From Chloroflexota bacterium (GTDB taxonomy: Bacteria; Chloroflexota; Chloroflexia; Chloroflexales; Herpetosiphonaceae): a stretch of DNA of 64,000 nucleotides. The notes beneath the pieces are model-generated. The model was not told where the DNA came from, made no database searches, and worked only from the letters and a program-made list of their open reading frames with translations. This document shows, one piece after another, positions 29,282 through 39,383 of this stretch. How positions within the stretch are numbered: position 1 is the first letter of the stretch; each line of letters starts with the position of its first letter. Location: positions 43,024 through 107,023 of the forward strand of contig JAIUOC010000003.1 in NCBI GenBank assembly GCA_020161265.1, read 5' to 3'. Position numbers and translations under genes: made by a program.

Positions 29282-29827
29282 ATGTCGCTGATTGCAGGAA
29301 ACTTGGCGGTCGTTCAAAAGCTCCTCGACGGCGCAGCTATGTCGTGGGGCATTTATGGTGGAGCCGCTGCCCACTTCTATGGCAGCCGTCGGCCAATTAA
29401 TGATATTGATATTATTGTTCCAGCCAATACCCTAGGCGAAATTGCCCGCTTGTTGCAACAAGGCCAAAAGGCTGTGCAATATGATGGCGGACGGATTCTA
29501 TGGCGTGGGATTATTTTACAAGAAGATCTGACGATTCGGCTAAATGGCAACGTTTATCCATTTGTGCTTGATCCACCGATGATCGAACGGTTGCAACGCA
29601 AACCATTGCTTGGCTCACGCGTGCTCTTTTTGGCTCCCGAAGATGTGTTAGTCCATAAATTAATTTTGTATCGTGGGCCTGAGCAACAACGGTTTGATAT
29701 TGTCGATTGCGAAGGCATTATCAAGCGCCATCAACTCGACCTTGAGTATTTGCGCCAACGCCTGCAAACCAGCAATGCAACTACCATCGTTACGCCACGC
29801 ATTGCCGATATGGGCGTAACCCTGTAA
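29282..29827 (+). CDS. polymerase-beta superfamily nucleotidyltransferase-fold protein
   Basis: GS...DIDIIV motif (G-S...D-x-D), typical of minimal nucleotidyltransferases such as ANT/Lnu. Confidence 0.5.
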   Translation: MSLIAGNLAVVQKLLDGAAMSWGIYGGAAAHFYGSRRPINDIDIIVPANTLGEIARLLQQGQKAVQYDGGRILWRGIILQEDLTIRLNGNVYPFVLDPPMIERLQRKPLLGSRVLFLAPEDVLVHKLILYRGPEQQRFDIVDCEGIIKRHQLDLEYLRQRLQTSNATTIVTPRIADMGVTL

Positions 29828-29896
29828 GTTTTAAGGCATTATGGGCACATTGCCTGTAGTGCCTTTTTAATCGATTGATGCTCCATCTAGTAGCTT

Positions 29897-30652
29897 ATGA
29901 TGAAAACCACTCAACCAGCCCATCCTATCGCTTGGACGCTCGGCAATCTGCTGCTCTTTTGTGGCATGTATTTGCTGCTGTATGTTGGTGGGATGTACGC
30001 CGATGATTTTTATAATCGCTTAGCGGCACGTGGCGATAGTATGCTACCAATTGCTGCGCCAATTATCACCACCCCTGATCCAGCAATAACGACATTTCAA
30101 GCCCCCACGCTCAATCAACAAACTGCCAACGATCAACCACCAGCGCTGGTTGCCAGCGACCACTCCACGATCAGCCGGATTCAAATTCCGCGTATCGAGG
30201 TTGATCAAAAGGTGATTGAGGTTGGTTGGGAATTGCAAGATGACGTGGCAACATGGCAAGTTGCTAAATATGCAGTTGGTCATCATCAAGGCAGCGCCAA
30301 CCCCGGCGAACCAAGCAATATTGTGCTAGCTGGCCATGTTGGTGGCTCGGCTCCGGTCTTTGATCGTTTGATCGAGACCCAGCCAGGCGACCAAATTGTG
30401 CTCTATAGCAACGGCCAACAATATCTGTATGTGGTGCAATCCAACGAACGGGTGCAAGAAGTTGGCATTTCAGCTGAACAACGCCTAACCAATGCCGCCT
30501 ATATGGACCCAACCCCCGCTGAAACGATAACCCTGATTACCTGTTGGCCGCCAGCCGGCCCCAACGCCTTTGACCAGCGGATTATTGTTCGAGCCGTGCC
30601 CTACACCATCGCCGCCGAGCAACCTGCTGGCAGCAATTGGCAGATGCGCTAA
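29897..30652 (+). CDS. sortase family transpeptidase (class E/F-like)
   Basis: N-terminal TM. Catalytic His in LAGHVGG, TLITC Cys motif, downstream Arg. Confidence 0.8.
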   Translation: MMKTTQPAHPIAWTLGNLLLFCGMYLLLYVGGMYADDFYNRLAARGDSMLPIAAPIITTPDPAITTFQAPTLNQQTANDQPPALVASDHSTISRIQIPRIEVDQKVIEVGWELQDDVATWQVAKYAVGHHQGSANPGEPSNIVLAGHVGGSAPVFDRLIETQPGDQIVLYSNGQQYLYVVQSNERVQEVGISAEQRLTNAAYMDPTPAETITLITCWPPAGPNAFDQRIIVRAVPYTIAAEQPAGSNWQMR

Positions 30653-30733
30653 ATCGATTGCAACAAATTATTATCCCCTGCCGTCAGATGAACAGCTATT
30701 GACAATCTTGGTCATCACAAAGGGGCAATAATT

Positions 30734-31252
30734 ATGACAAAGCGAACTTTAGGCTTGCTGTTGATTGGAGCAGGGATCATTGCACTGTTCAGCAATATAG
30801 GTAATGGCTTTTTTGGGCGCGACCGATATGAGTACGATCACGAATGGAACTCAGAAGTGGCCTATGCTGTTTCCCAAGGCGGGGAAGATTTTCACGAAAA
30901 TATGGCTGATTTTGAGGCCGAAATGAGCGATCTACAAGCTGAAATGCGCGGTGTGCAAAGCGAAATCAACGAGGCTGTTGGCTCAAACTGGCGTGAAAGC
31001 GGCGCTGAATTCCGCGAAGAAATGGCCAACTTACGCGAAGAAATGCGCGATGTTCAAGCTGAAATGCGCGATTCCATGCCAGCCGCACCATGGGCCGAGC
31101 CACAACCCCACTTCCAATATGAGTATCACCATCGTGATGGTTCACCCTTTGGCTTCTTGCTGTTTCCGCTCTTAATTGGTGGCGGGATCTTCTTATTGGT
31201 TCGTCGTCGCCGCATGGTCGTTCGTCGTCACCAAGAAATTCATCACTTCTAA
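30734..31252 (+). CDS. membrane-anchored coiled-coil protein with C-terminal hydrophobic segment and RRRR tail
   Basis: N-terminal TM, acidic heptad-like repeats (AEMSDLQAEMRGVQSEINEAV / EEMANLREEMRDVQAEMRD), C-terminal GFLLFPLLIGGGIFLLVRRRR. Confidence 0.5.
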   Translation: MTKRTLGLLLIGAGIIALFSNIGNGFFGRDRYEYDHEWNSEVAYAVSQGGEDFHENMADFEAEMSDLQAEMRGVQSEINEAVGSNWRESGAEFREEMANLREEMRDVQAEMRDSMPAAPWAEPQPHFQYEYHHRDGSPFGFLLFPLLIGGGIFLLVRRRRMVVRRHQEIHHF

Positions 31253-31331
31253 AAAACGTTTTATATAACCAAAAGCCCCTGCAATGACGGTTGCAGGGGC
31301 TTTATTGCGCTTAGGAATAGGCTTGGCAAAT

Positions 31332-32516
31332 TTAGCCCAGCACGCGATTGAGATTCGTTTCGAGTTTTTGACGCAAATCGCGGCGTACTTGTTCGCCAGT
31401 TGCGGGTGTGGTCAACAATCCAGCCACAATCCCCAAAATAAACGAACGCAAGCCAGTGCGGGCACGCCGACCTTTACGCCCAACCTCAGTGGCAACTTCA
31501 CCAGTTTTATGAGCTACAGCCTGAGCTGCATGCTGGGTAGTTTCGCCGACTACATTGGCGGCATCTTTGGCACGTTCACCAACGACGGAAGCCGTTTCCT
31601 TGGCGCGTTCGCCAACCACATTCGCAGCGTCTTTAGCGCGTTCACCAACGACAGAAGCCGTTTCCTTGGCGCGTTCGCCAACCACCGAAGCTGCGCCAGT
31701 AACCGCCGGAATAACGCTGGCACTGACATCTTGGGCTTTGGCGCTGACAGTTTGAGCGACTGAGCGCAAGGTATCGGGAGCGTGCTCACGCGCTTCTTTG
31801 GCGCGTTCAGTTGTGGTTGCCAAAAACTCTTGGACAATTCCACTCAAACGTTGAACCAAATCATTAGCTTGATCGCGGGCATCGGCGCTTTTGCTGCTAG
31901 CCACATTGACTGCACGATGACGCAAATCATCGGCTTGCTCAAGCACGCTCTCGCTGGTGCTGCTCAAGCGTTCGCGTACCTCGGCCACAATATTTTTGGC
32001 TTTATCAGCCAATGTTTCACCTTGATCAAGTGCTTGTTCACGCACATCGGTCAAACGGCTTTTGGTTTGCTCACCCAAATCGCTAGCCCGTTCGCGGCTG
32101 GCGGCAGCAACCGCAGCCAAACCAGCAGTAGCCGCACCAAACAGCGCATTGCCTTTATCACGGCCATCAGCAACTTTTTTGCCCAGCTGATTAATGGTTT
32201 GGTCTAGTTGTTCGCGGCCAGTTTCCAAGCTAGCGTTTAAGCGTTGATTGGCCTGCTTACCAGCTTTGCGCAGCTTCTTTTGTTCACGTTTCAACTCTTT
32301 GCGGGCTTGTTTATTCAGGCTATGCAAATAACTATTGGCATCAGCAGCACGATGTTCAACCTGATCCCGCAGATTTTCGGTCAGCAGGGCAACTTTTTCG
32401 CCCAAGGTTTTGGGGTGATTACGGCGACTGCGTGCCCCTAATACACCACCGACAATGCCACCAGCAACTAAGGCAGCGGTTAATAATGATTGTTGTTGTT
32501 GATCATTCATCATCAA
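31332..32516 (-). CDS. LEA/apolipoprotein-like repeat protein (YtxH-like), membrane-anchored at both ends
   Basis: N- and C-terminal TM helices. Long hydrophilic helical body with five tandem 11-aa repeats (VVGERAKETAS / VVGERAKDAAN), encoded by 33-nt DNA repeats at about 31545-31710. Confidence 0.6.
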   Translation of the reverse strand: MMMNDQQQQSLLTAALVAGGIVGGVLGARSRRNHPKTLGEKVALLTENLRDQVEHRAADANSYLHSLNKQARKELKREQKKLRKAGKQANQRLNASLETGREQLDQTINQLGKKVADGRDKGNALFGAATAGLAAVAAASRERASDLGEQTKSRLTDVREQALDQGETLADKAKNIVAEVRERLSSTSESVLEQADDLRHRAVNVASSKSADARDQANDLVQRLSGIVQEFLATTTERAKEAREHAPDTLRSVAQTVSAKAQDVSASVIPAVTGAASVVGERAKETASVVGERAKDAANVVGERAKETASVVGERAKDAANVVGETTQHAAQAVAHKTGEVATEVGRKGRRARTGLRSFILGIVAGLLTTPATGEQVRRDLRQKLETNLNRVLG

Positions 32517-32714
32517 ACTCCTTTGCTCTAGGATTCGAGCAGCTATCTGCCAAACCTATAGCAAACCCTATACCAAGGGAGTTAGAAGTGATGATCCCCG
32601 AAGGACACGAAGCGCATGAAGGACGAGGCTATGGGCTACTGGCGTTTGGCGATGGGGAATCATGACAATTCCACAAAACGTTCCGCTAGCCCATAGCCCA
32701 TAGCCAAAATATTG
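32517..32714. repeat. intergenic word repeat (cacgaag, ctatgggctagcggaac / gctagcccatagcccatagcc inverted)
   Basis: Inverted catagcc/ggctatg words flank a central segment. Confidence 0.65.
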
Positions 32715-34394
32715 CTAAACAATCATTACTTCTTGGTAAACCCCAAAGACTTCGCGCAACACATCGCACATTTCGCCTAGGGTGGCATAGGCATTCACCG
32801 CCGCCAGAATTGGCTCCATCAGATTGTGCTCACCTTGCGCTGCTTGGCGTAGGTTGTCCATGGCTTCGGCCCAACGAGCTTGATCGCGTTCGTTGCGCAC
32901 TTTGTTGAGTCGAGCCATATGTTTGTTCTCACCATCAGGGTCCATTTGCAAAATTGGAATTTCAATTGGATCATCGACGGTGTATTTGTTCACTCCCACA
33001 AAGCCGCGCTGGCCGCTATCAACTTCTTGTTGGAAGCGATACGATGAATCGGCGATTTGCTGTTGAATCCAGCCTTTTTCCAAGGCCGCTTCCATGCCAC
33101 CTTGTTCTTCGATTCGGCGGAAGTAATCGAGACACTCGGCTTCCATGCGATTGGTCAAGGCCTCGACAAAGTACGAGCCAGCCAACGGATCAATCGTGTT
33201 GGTCACGCCACTTTCTTCAGCAATAATTTGCTGGGTGCGCAAGGCAATGGTCACAGCTTTTTCCGATGGCAAGGCCAGGGCTTCATCCATCGCATCGGTG
33301 TGCAACGATTGTGTCCCGCCGATTACCGCAGCCAATGCTTGAATCGCCACCCGCACGATGTTGTTCTCAGGTTGTTGGGCAGTCAGCGAAACACCTGCTG
33401 TCTGGGTGTGAAATCGCATCCACCACGAACGGGGATTTTTTGCCCCATAAATATCACGCATCTGGCGTGCCCAAACCCGCCGCGCAGCGCGATACTTGGC
33501 AATTTCTTCAAAGAAATCGTTGTGAGCATTGAAGAAATAGGAAATACGCGGCGCAAAATCATCAATATTCAGGCCACGTTTGAGACAAGCCTTGACATAC
33601 GCTATGCCGTCGCCCAGCGTAAAGGCCAACTCTTGGGCAGCCGTAGATCCAGCCTCGCGAATATGATAGCCACTAACTGAGACTGGATTCCACTTGGGCA
33701 TATGTTGGGCGGCAAATTCAATTGTATCAACCACCAAGCGCATCGATGGTGCAATCGGGAAGATATATTCGTTCTGGGCGGCATATTCTTTAAGGATGTC
33801 GTTTTGGAGCGTGCCACCTAATTTGGCGCGTGAAATGCCGCGCTTTTCCGCCGCCGCAATATACATCGCCCAAATAATTGCGGCTGGCGAGTTAATTGTC
33901 ATCGAGGTAGTTACTTGATCGAGTGGAATGCCATCGAACAAAATATCCATATCGGCCAATGAGGTGACGGCCACGCCACACTTGCCAAATTCACCCTCGA
34001 CCAATGGATGATCGGTATCGCGGCCATAGAGCGTCGGCATATCGAAGGCCGTCGAAAGCCCAGTTTGGCCTTGGCTCAGCAGATATTTAAAGCGAGCATT
34101 GGTTTCTTCGGCAGTGCCAAACCCCGCAAACATGCGCATCGTCCAGAGCTTGCCACGATAGCCGGTTGGATGAATCCCACGGGTATAGGGAAACTCACCA
34201 GGAAAGCTAATATCCTTATGATAATCAGTGTCGGCAAGGTCGAGCGGGGTATACAAGCGCTGAATTGGCTCGCTGGAAATCGTGCTAAATAACGCCGGAC
34301 GTTCGGGAGTTTTCTGCAGTGTCGGAGCCAGCGTTTCGTCATTCCAGCGCTCTTGCGCCGCCCGCATCTGAGCTAACTGCTCGGGACTAAACAT
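32715..34394 (-). CDS. methylmalonyl-CoA mutase large (catalytic, N-terminal) subunit, no B12-binding domain
   Basis: Strong MCM signature ([35 protein letters not shown]). 559 aa matches the split-type large subunit. Confidence 0.85.
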   Translation of the reverse strand: MFSPEQLAQMRAAQERWNDETLAPTLQKTPERPALFSTISSEPIQRLYTPLDLADTDYHKDISFPGEFPYTRGIHPTGYRGKLWTMRMFAGFGTAEETNARFKYLLSQGQTGLSTAFDMPTLYGRDTDHPLVEGEFGKCGVAVTSLADMDILFDGIPLDQVTTSMTINSPAAIIWAMYIAAAEKRGISRAKLGGTLQNDILKEYAAQNEYIFPIAPSMRLVVDTIEFAAQHMPKWNPVSVSGYHIREAGSTAAQELAFTLGDGIAYVKACLKRGLNIDDFAPRISYFFNAHNDFFEEIAKYRAARRVWARQMRDIYGAKNPRSWWMRFHTQTAGVSLTAQQPENNIVRVAIQALAAVIGGTQSLHTDAMDEALALPSEKAVTIALRTQQIIAEESGVTNTIDPLAGSYFVEALTNRMEAECLDYFRRIEEQGGMEAALEKGWIQQQIADSSYRFQQEVDSGQRGFVGVNKYTVDDPIEIPILQMDPDGENKHMARLNKVRNERDQARWAEAMDNLRQAAQGEHNLMEPILAAVNAYATLGEMCDVLREVFGVYQEVMIV

Positions 34395-34439
34395 CGTCGT
34401 TTCCCCCTTGGGTTATGAAAATTCTCAACGTTCACGCGA

Positions 34440-34740
34440 TATGCTTCCATTGTAGCAAAGAAAATCAGAAGGCAGAAGTCAAAAGTCAAAAGTCAAAATA
34501 GAGCTCAGGAGCCAGGGGGCAGAGGTCAGCGATCAGCGTTTAATGCAGAGCGCAGAGTGACCGAAAGGATGAAGGATGAGGGATGACATGTGGGGAGTAG
34601 AGGAAGATAATCAAAAAATCTGTGCCAATCTGTGGCTAAAAACCTTCGCGTGCTTCGCGCTTTTCGTGGTTTCAATCCTTCGTGTGCTTCGTGCTCTTTG
34701 TGGATCAATTTGCAACGCTTGACAATTAGTGTATTATAGA
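34440..34740. repeat. intergenic word repeats ((gaagtcaaaa)x3, cagggggcagaggtcag, ggatgaaggatgagggatg, cttcgcgtgcttcgcg)
   Basis: Several members of the word family in one 300-nt spacer. Confidence 0.65.
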
Positions 34741-34781
34741 CACTAAGTCAGTTTTTCGATTTATATGAAGGATAGCAATAT

Positions 34782-36317
34782 ATGACAACCCGCTTTCAAC
34801 ATGGCATTCTCTTCACTGATCAATATCAATTAACCATGTCGCAGGTATATTATCGCTTGGGTCTGCATGAACGCCCAGCCTTGTTCGACCACTACTTCCG
34901 TTCGTATCCCAATTATGGAGCGCATGCGGCGGGTTATGCGGTGGCCGCTGGGATGCAACCCTTGCTCGAATGGATGGATACCGCCCGTTTTGGCGAGGGC
35001 GAAATTGCCGCGCTCTCAGCCATGAAAGGCCGCACTGGCCAAGCGTTGTTTAGCAGTGATTTCTTGGGCTGGCTGCGCAAATATGGCGATCTGCGCAATG
35101 TGACGATTCGGGCGATTCCCGAGGGGCGCGTGGTGCATCACACCGTACCAATGACGATTGTCGAAGGCCCATTGGTGTTGGCGCAAATTCTCGAAACGCC
35201 GTTGTTGAATATGCTCAACTTCAGCACGCTCATCGCTACCAAAGCGGCACGGGTACGCGAGAGCGCTGGCGATGGCCTATTTTTAGAATTTGGCATGCGC
35301 CGCGCCCAAGGCTGGGGAGCCAATTTGGCCACTCGGGCAGCCCTCATCGGTGGTGCTGATAGCTCATCAAACGTCGGCGCAGCGCTTGATATGGGTGTAC
35401 AACCAAGTGGCACCCATGCCCATAGTTTGGTGCAAACTGCCATGGCGTTGGGCATGGGCGAACTAGGCGCGTTCGAAGCCTATGCCGAAGCTTACCCCGA
35501 CGACACGCTGCTGTTGGTCGATACGATCAATACCTTGGAAAGCGGTGTGCCTAATGCAATCAAGGTATTTGAAAAGCTACGTCGCCAAGGCCACAAACCC
35601 GTTGGCATTCGGCTTGATTCGGGCGACTTGGCCTATTTGAGCATTCAGGCCGCCAAAATGCTCAACACTGCCGGATTCCCCGATGTTTCGATTGTGCTTT
35701 CCAATAATCTTGATGAATTGGTAATTTGGCAGATTTTGACCCAAATTCGCGCCGAAGCGCCGCGCTATGGCCTTGAAGCCGATGCCGTAATCAAGCGCTT
35801 GGTGTTTGGGGTTGGCACACATTTGGTCACGTCGTGGGGCGAGCCAGCTTTGGGCGGTGTGTATAAATTAGTTTCATTGTTTGATCGCGATACATGGAAA
35901 CCCGCGATTAAGCTCTCGGAGAACCCGCAGAAAACCCCAACGCCAGGGCGCAAAGCAGCATGGCGGGTGTATGATAGCCGTGGGCGAGCTAGCGCCGATG
36001 TTTTGACCTTAGATGACGAACATCCACAGCAAAGCGAAGCCTTGAACTTGTATCACCCAACTGATGCGAGCAAACAACGCACCCTGACTCCTGCTGACCA
36101 CACAATTGAGGCCTTGTATGCGACGGTGCTCGATTCAGGCCGACGAGTTGTTGATGTGCCCGATTTGGCCGAGTTGCGCGAACGGCGGGTGCGCGATTTA
36201 GCGCGGCTTGATCCTGGGGTCTTGCGTTTGGTTAATCCCCACATTTACCACGTTTCGCTTAGCCAACGCTTATGGGAATTGAAACAGAACCTGATTAAAG
36301 AGATGCGCAAGGGCTAA
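34782..36317 (+). CDS. pncB: nicotinate phosphoribosyltransferase
   Basis: N-terminal [10 protein letters not shown] and overall NAPRTase length (511 aa). Confidence 0.85.
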   Translation: MTTRFQHGILFTDQYQLTMSQVYYRLGLHERPALFDHYFRSYPNYGAHAAGYAVAAGMQPLLEWMDTARFGEGEIAALSAMKGRTGQALFSSDFLGWLRKYGDLRNVTIRAIPEGRVVHHTVPMTIVEGPLVLAQILETPLLNMLNFSTLIATKAARVRESAGDGLFLEFGMRRAQGWGANLATRAALIGGADSSSNVGAALDMGVQPSGTHAHSLVQTAMALGMGELGAFEAYAEAYPDDTLLLVDTINTLESGVPNAIKVFEKLRRQGHKPVGIRLDSGDLAYLSIQAAKMLNTAGFPDVSIVLSNNLDELVIWQILTQIRAEAPRYGLEADAVIKRLVFGVGTHLVTSWGEPALGGVYKLVSLFDRDTWKPAIKLSENPQKTPTPGRKAAWRVYDSRGRASADVLTLDDEHPQQSEALNLYHPTDASKQRTLTPADHTIEALYATVLDSGRRVVDVPDLAELRERRVRDLARLDPGVLRLVNPHIYHVSLSQRLWELKQNLIKEMRKG

Positions 36318-36574
36318 GCGCGATCAAACGCCTTGAGATTGGCCACGTTAATAATCAACTGGCAAATTTAAGGCTTATTTATGAAAATTTTTAATAAATT
36401 TATTATTCGATCAGCCCAAGCGATGCTGCCAAAGAATCCTGCAGGCGACACCATTAACCATGGATTGCTTGCAGGATTCGTGGTCAGTTGGGGCAAATTG
36501 ATCACCGCAACAAGGATTTTTATGCTATGATTGACAATCGTAACCCAATGTACAAGGACAATGGTGTTTGTGCA

Positions 36575-37420
36575 ATGTACCTTCCTCAAGCAACTCAACG
36601 CCTCATCGAATTGGCGTTAGCAGAAGACCTCGATGGTGGCGACTTAACATCACTTGCCACAATTCCGGCTGATTTAGCCGCCAAAGCCCATGTTTTAGTT
36701 AAAGATCAGGGTGTACTCGCGGGCATGGACGTTGCAGCGGCGGTTTGCCGTTTGGTAGACTCGGCCTTAGAATGGCAACCAGTGTTAGGCGATGGTTCAG
36801 CTGTGGAATATGGCACGATTGTGGCCTACCTCAGTGGGCCAGCTCGCTCAGTGCTGATGGCCGAACGCACCGTACTTAACTTTTTACAGCGGCTTTCGGG
36901 CATTGCCAGCAAAACGGCGCTCTATGTCGCCAAAATCGCCGATACCCAAGCCAAACTCGTTGATACGCGCAAAACCACGCCAGGCTGGCGGGCTTTGGAA
37001 AAAGCCGCAGTACGGGCAGGTGGTGGCGCAAATCATCGGTTTAATTTGGGCGATGGCGTGCTGATCAAAGACAATCATCTGGCGCTTGGTGGGCATGATA
37101 TTGTGGGCGCAATTCAGCGGGCACGGGCTGTCGCGCCGCATACCACCAAAATCGAGGTTGAAGTTGAAGATTTGGCGGGGGTACAAGCAGCACTTGAGGC
37201 GGGAGCCGATATCATTATGCTCGATAATATGTCGATTGAAGCCATGCGCGAGGCCGTACAGTTAATCGCTGGGCGGGCTTTGGTCGAGGCTTCGGGCGGC
37301 ATCACGCTTGAGCGAATTCGGGCGGTCGCGGAAACGGGAGTCAATGTAATTTCCTGTGGTGCGATTACCCACTCGGCAACGGCGCTCGACATCAGCTTGG
37401 ACATTGCAATCAATTCGTAA
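36575..37420 (+). CDS. nadC: nicotinate-nucleotide pyrophosphorylase (quinolinate phosphoribosyltransferase)
   Basis: QPRTase core (TRKTTPGWR, IKDNH, IMLDNM). Start at MYLPQATQ. The track ORF is longer. Confidence 0.85.
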   Translation: MYLPQATQRLIELALAEDLDGGDLTSLATIPADLAAKAHVLVKDQGVLAGMDVAAAVCRLVDSALEWQPVLGDGSAVEYGTIVAYLSGPARSVLMAERTVLNFLQRLSGIASKTALYVAKIADTQAKLVDTRKTTPGWRALEKAAVRAGGGANHRFNLGDGVLIKDNHLALGGHDIVGAIQRARAVAPHTTKIEVEVEDLAGVQAALEAGADIIMLDNMSIEAMREAVQLIAGRALVEASGGITLERIRAVAETGVNVISCGAITHSATALDISLDIAINS

Positions 37421-37534
37421 CGTGCTCATCAGTAGGTTATAAGCAATTTATCAGGTTGGCCATGCTACTATTACGCAGTCAGTACTGAGCAATTGCTTAC
37501 GAACGATTTAGTGCATCGACAAAAGGAGAATGCC

Positions 37535-39295
37535 ATGCGACGACGATGGGTTCGTCTTGGCCTGCTCATGCTTATTGCCATGGGCGTAGTGCTACCTGGA
37601 ACCAAGGCCGAGGCTACACCGCCGCCGCCCTTAGCCCAGTATTTCCCCGAAACCGGGCAATCAGCGGTCAACTATTTCTGGCAATTTTGGAAGAATACGC
37701 CGAATGCCATGCGCGTGTTGGGCTATCCCATTTCCTTGCCATTTATCCAAGAAAGCTTTACCGAGCCTGGTAAATTCTATTTGGTGCAATATTTCGAACG
37801 CGCCATCTTAGAAGAACACCCTGAAAACTTCAATCACCCAACCAATGGCAACAAATACTTTGTGCTTGGGCGGTTGCTGGGCAAAGAATTGGCCAAGGGT
37901 CGCGAAAATGAGCCAGCCTTCAAGCCAGTGGCTAACCCCAATAATGGTACGGTTTGGTTTCCTGAAACTCAACATACCCTGACCAACACGCCTGGCCCAT
38001 TTTTGACCTTCTGGCGCAATTATGGTGGTCTCTCGGTGTTTGGCTATCCTTTGTCAGAGCCATTCCAAGAGCTGAACCCTGATACTGGTAAAGTCTATTG
38101 GGTGCAATATTTCGAGCGTAATCGTTTCGAATATCATCCCGAAGAAAAACCTGAATTCCAAGTGTTGCTTGGTTTGTTGGGTAAACAATACTATAACGAA
38201 CATAAGCATGAGCCAAAATTGGCCGTCAAGGAATGGTTTTTCCGCTATCACACCCGCGCCGAAGCCATCCCAGCCGATTTTGTCTATGGCTACAATGTTC
38301 AAGCCTTCTACCAAGAACGTGATCGTTTGTATCAATTGGTCAACAATGCCGCCTTTGGTTGGATTCGCCAACAAGCACCTTGGGAAGATCTCCAAGCTGC
38401 TGACGGCACAATCTACTGGGGTGAGTTAGATAAAGTTATCAACGACGCGCATGCCAAGGGCATTAAAGTCTTGTTGAGTGTGGTTCGTTCGCCGGAATGG
38501 GCTAGCGAAAATGGCACGCACGGCTTGCCATCACGCCGCAACTTCCCCAAATTTGGCGATTTTATGCAGCGCATGGCGCAACGCTATAAAGGCAAAGTCC
38601 AAGCTTACGAAATTTGGAACGAGCAAAATTATGCAATTGAAAACGGTGGCGTGGTAGCTCCAGCAGCCTATTATGTGGATATGCTGGAATATGCCTACAA
38701 AGGCGTAAAAGCTGCTGACCCTGAAGCAATTGTGGTTTCTGGCTCACCAACCCCAACTGCCACCAATCGCACTGATATTGCAGTTGATGAGTTGATTTAC
38801 TTTGCCCAAATGTTTGCAATTCCAAAATTCTGGAATAACGTTGACGTAATTGGTGCGCACTTCGGCGGCACTTACAATCCACCAGATACCAAGTGGCCCG
38901 ATAACCCAGGCCCAGGCCCAGGTTGGCGCGACAACTCGGAATTCTACTGGCGGCGGATTGAAGATGTACGCCAAGTGTTGGTCAATAGTGGCAACGGCGA
39001 CCGCCAAATTTGGGTAACCGAAATTGGCTGGGCCACTGCCAACACCAGCCCAGGCTTTGAGTACGGTAACTCGAATACGCTCGAAGAACAGGGAGCCTAT
39101 CTCGAACGAGCAATGTATATGGCTCGCTACGATTACGCTCCATGGGTTGGCGCAATGTTCGTGTGGAACTTAAACTTCGCGGTGACCTCACCCGATGCGC
39201 TGCACGAAACTGCTTCATTTGGGGTATTGAACCCTGATTGGAGTCCACGCCCAGCCTATACCCGCTTGCAACAGTTTGCAGCAACCCATAAATAA
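37535..39295 (+). CDS. secreted clan GH-A glycoside hydrolase (GH5/GH39-like) with two N-terminal LGFP-like repeats
   Basis: Signal peptide MRRRWVRLGLLMLIAMG. Two about 130-aa repeats containing LGYPIS/FGYPLS...YFER. Catalytic-type motifs YEIWNEQN (acid/base) and WVTEIGW (nucleophile). AAGGAG RBS. Confidence 0.7.
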   Translation: MRRRWVRLGLLMLIAMGVVLPGTKAEATPPPPLAQYFPETGQSAVNYFWQFWKNTPNAMRVLGYPISLPFIQESFTEPGKFYLVQYFERAILEEHPENFNHPTNGNKYFVLGRLLGKELAKGRENEPAFKPVANPNNGTVWFPETQHTLTNTPGPFLTFWRNYGGLSVFGYPLSEPFQELNPDTGKVYWVQYFERNRFEYHPEEKPEFQVLLGLLGKQYYNEHKHEPKLAVKEWFFRYHTRAEAIPADFVYGYNVQAFYQERDRLYQLVNNAAFGWIRQQAPWEDLQAADGTIYWGELDKVINDAHAKGIKVLLSVVRSPEWASENGTHGLPSRRNFPKFGDFMQRMAQRYKGKVQAYEIWNEQNYAIENGGVVAPAAYYVDMLEYAYKGVKAADPEAIVVSGSPTPTATNRTDIAVDELIYFAQMFAIPKFWNNVDVIGAHFGGTYNPPDTKWPDNPGPGPGWRDNSEFYWRRIEDVRQVLVNSGNGDRQIWVTEIGWATANTSPGFEYGNSNTLEEQGAYLERAMYMARYDYAPWVGAMFVWNLNFAVTSPDALHETASFGVLNPDWSPRPAYTRLQQFAATHK

Positions 39296-39383
39296 TTAAC
39301 CGAGGTCGGTTGCAACAACACGAAGATCACGCTCTGAAGCCAGTGTTGTGATCTTCGTGTTGTTGTCTGACGAGGAGTTTGAT

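Noticed and set aside
33057-33680. 207-aa plus-strand ORF
   Set aside because: Antisense to the methylmalonyl-CoA mutase gene, which has an unmistakable protein signature.
34471-34496. (gaagtcaaaa)-type short tandem repeat considered as a regulatory iteron
   Set aside because: Only about 3 copies, and it is part of the same word-repeat family. There is no adjacent replication or partition gene.
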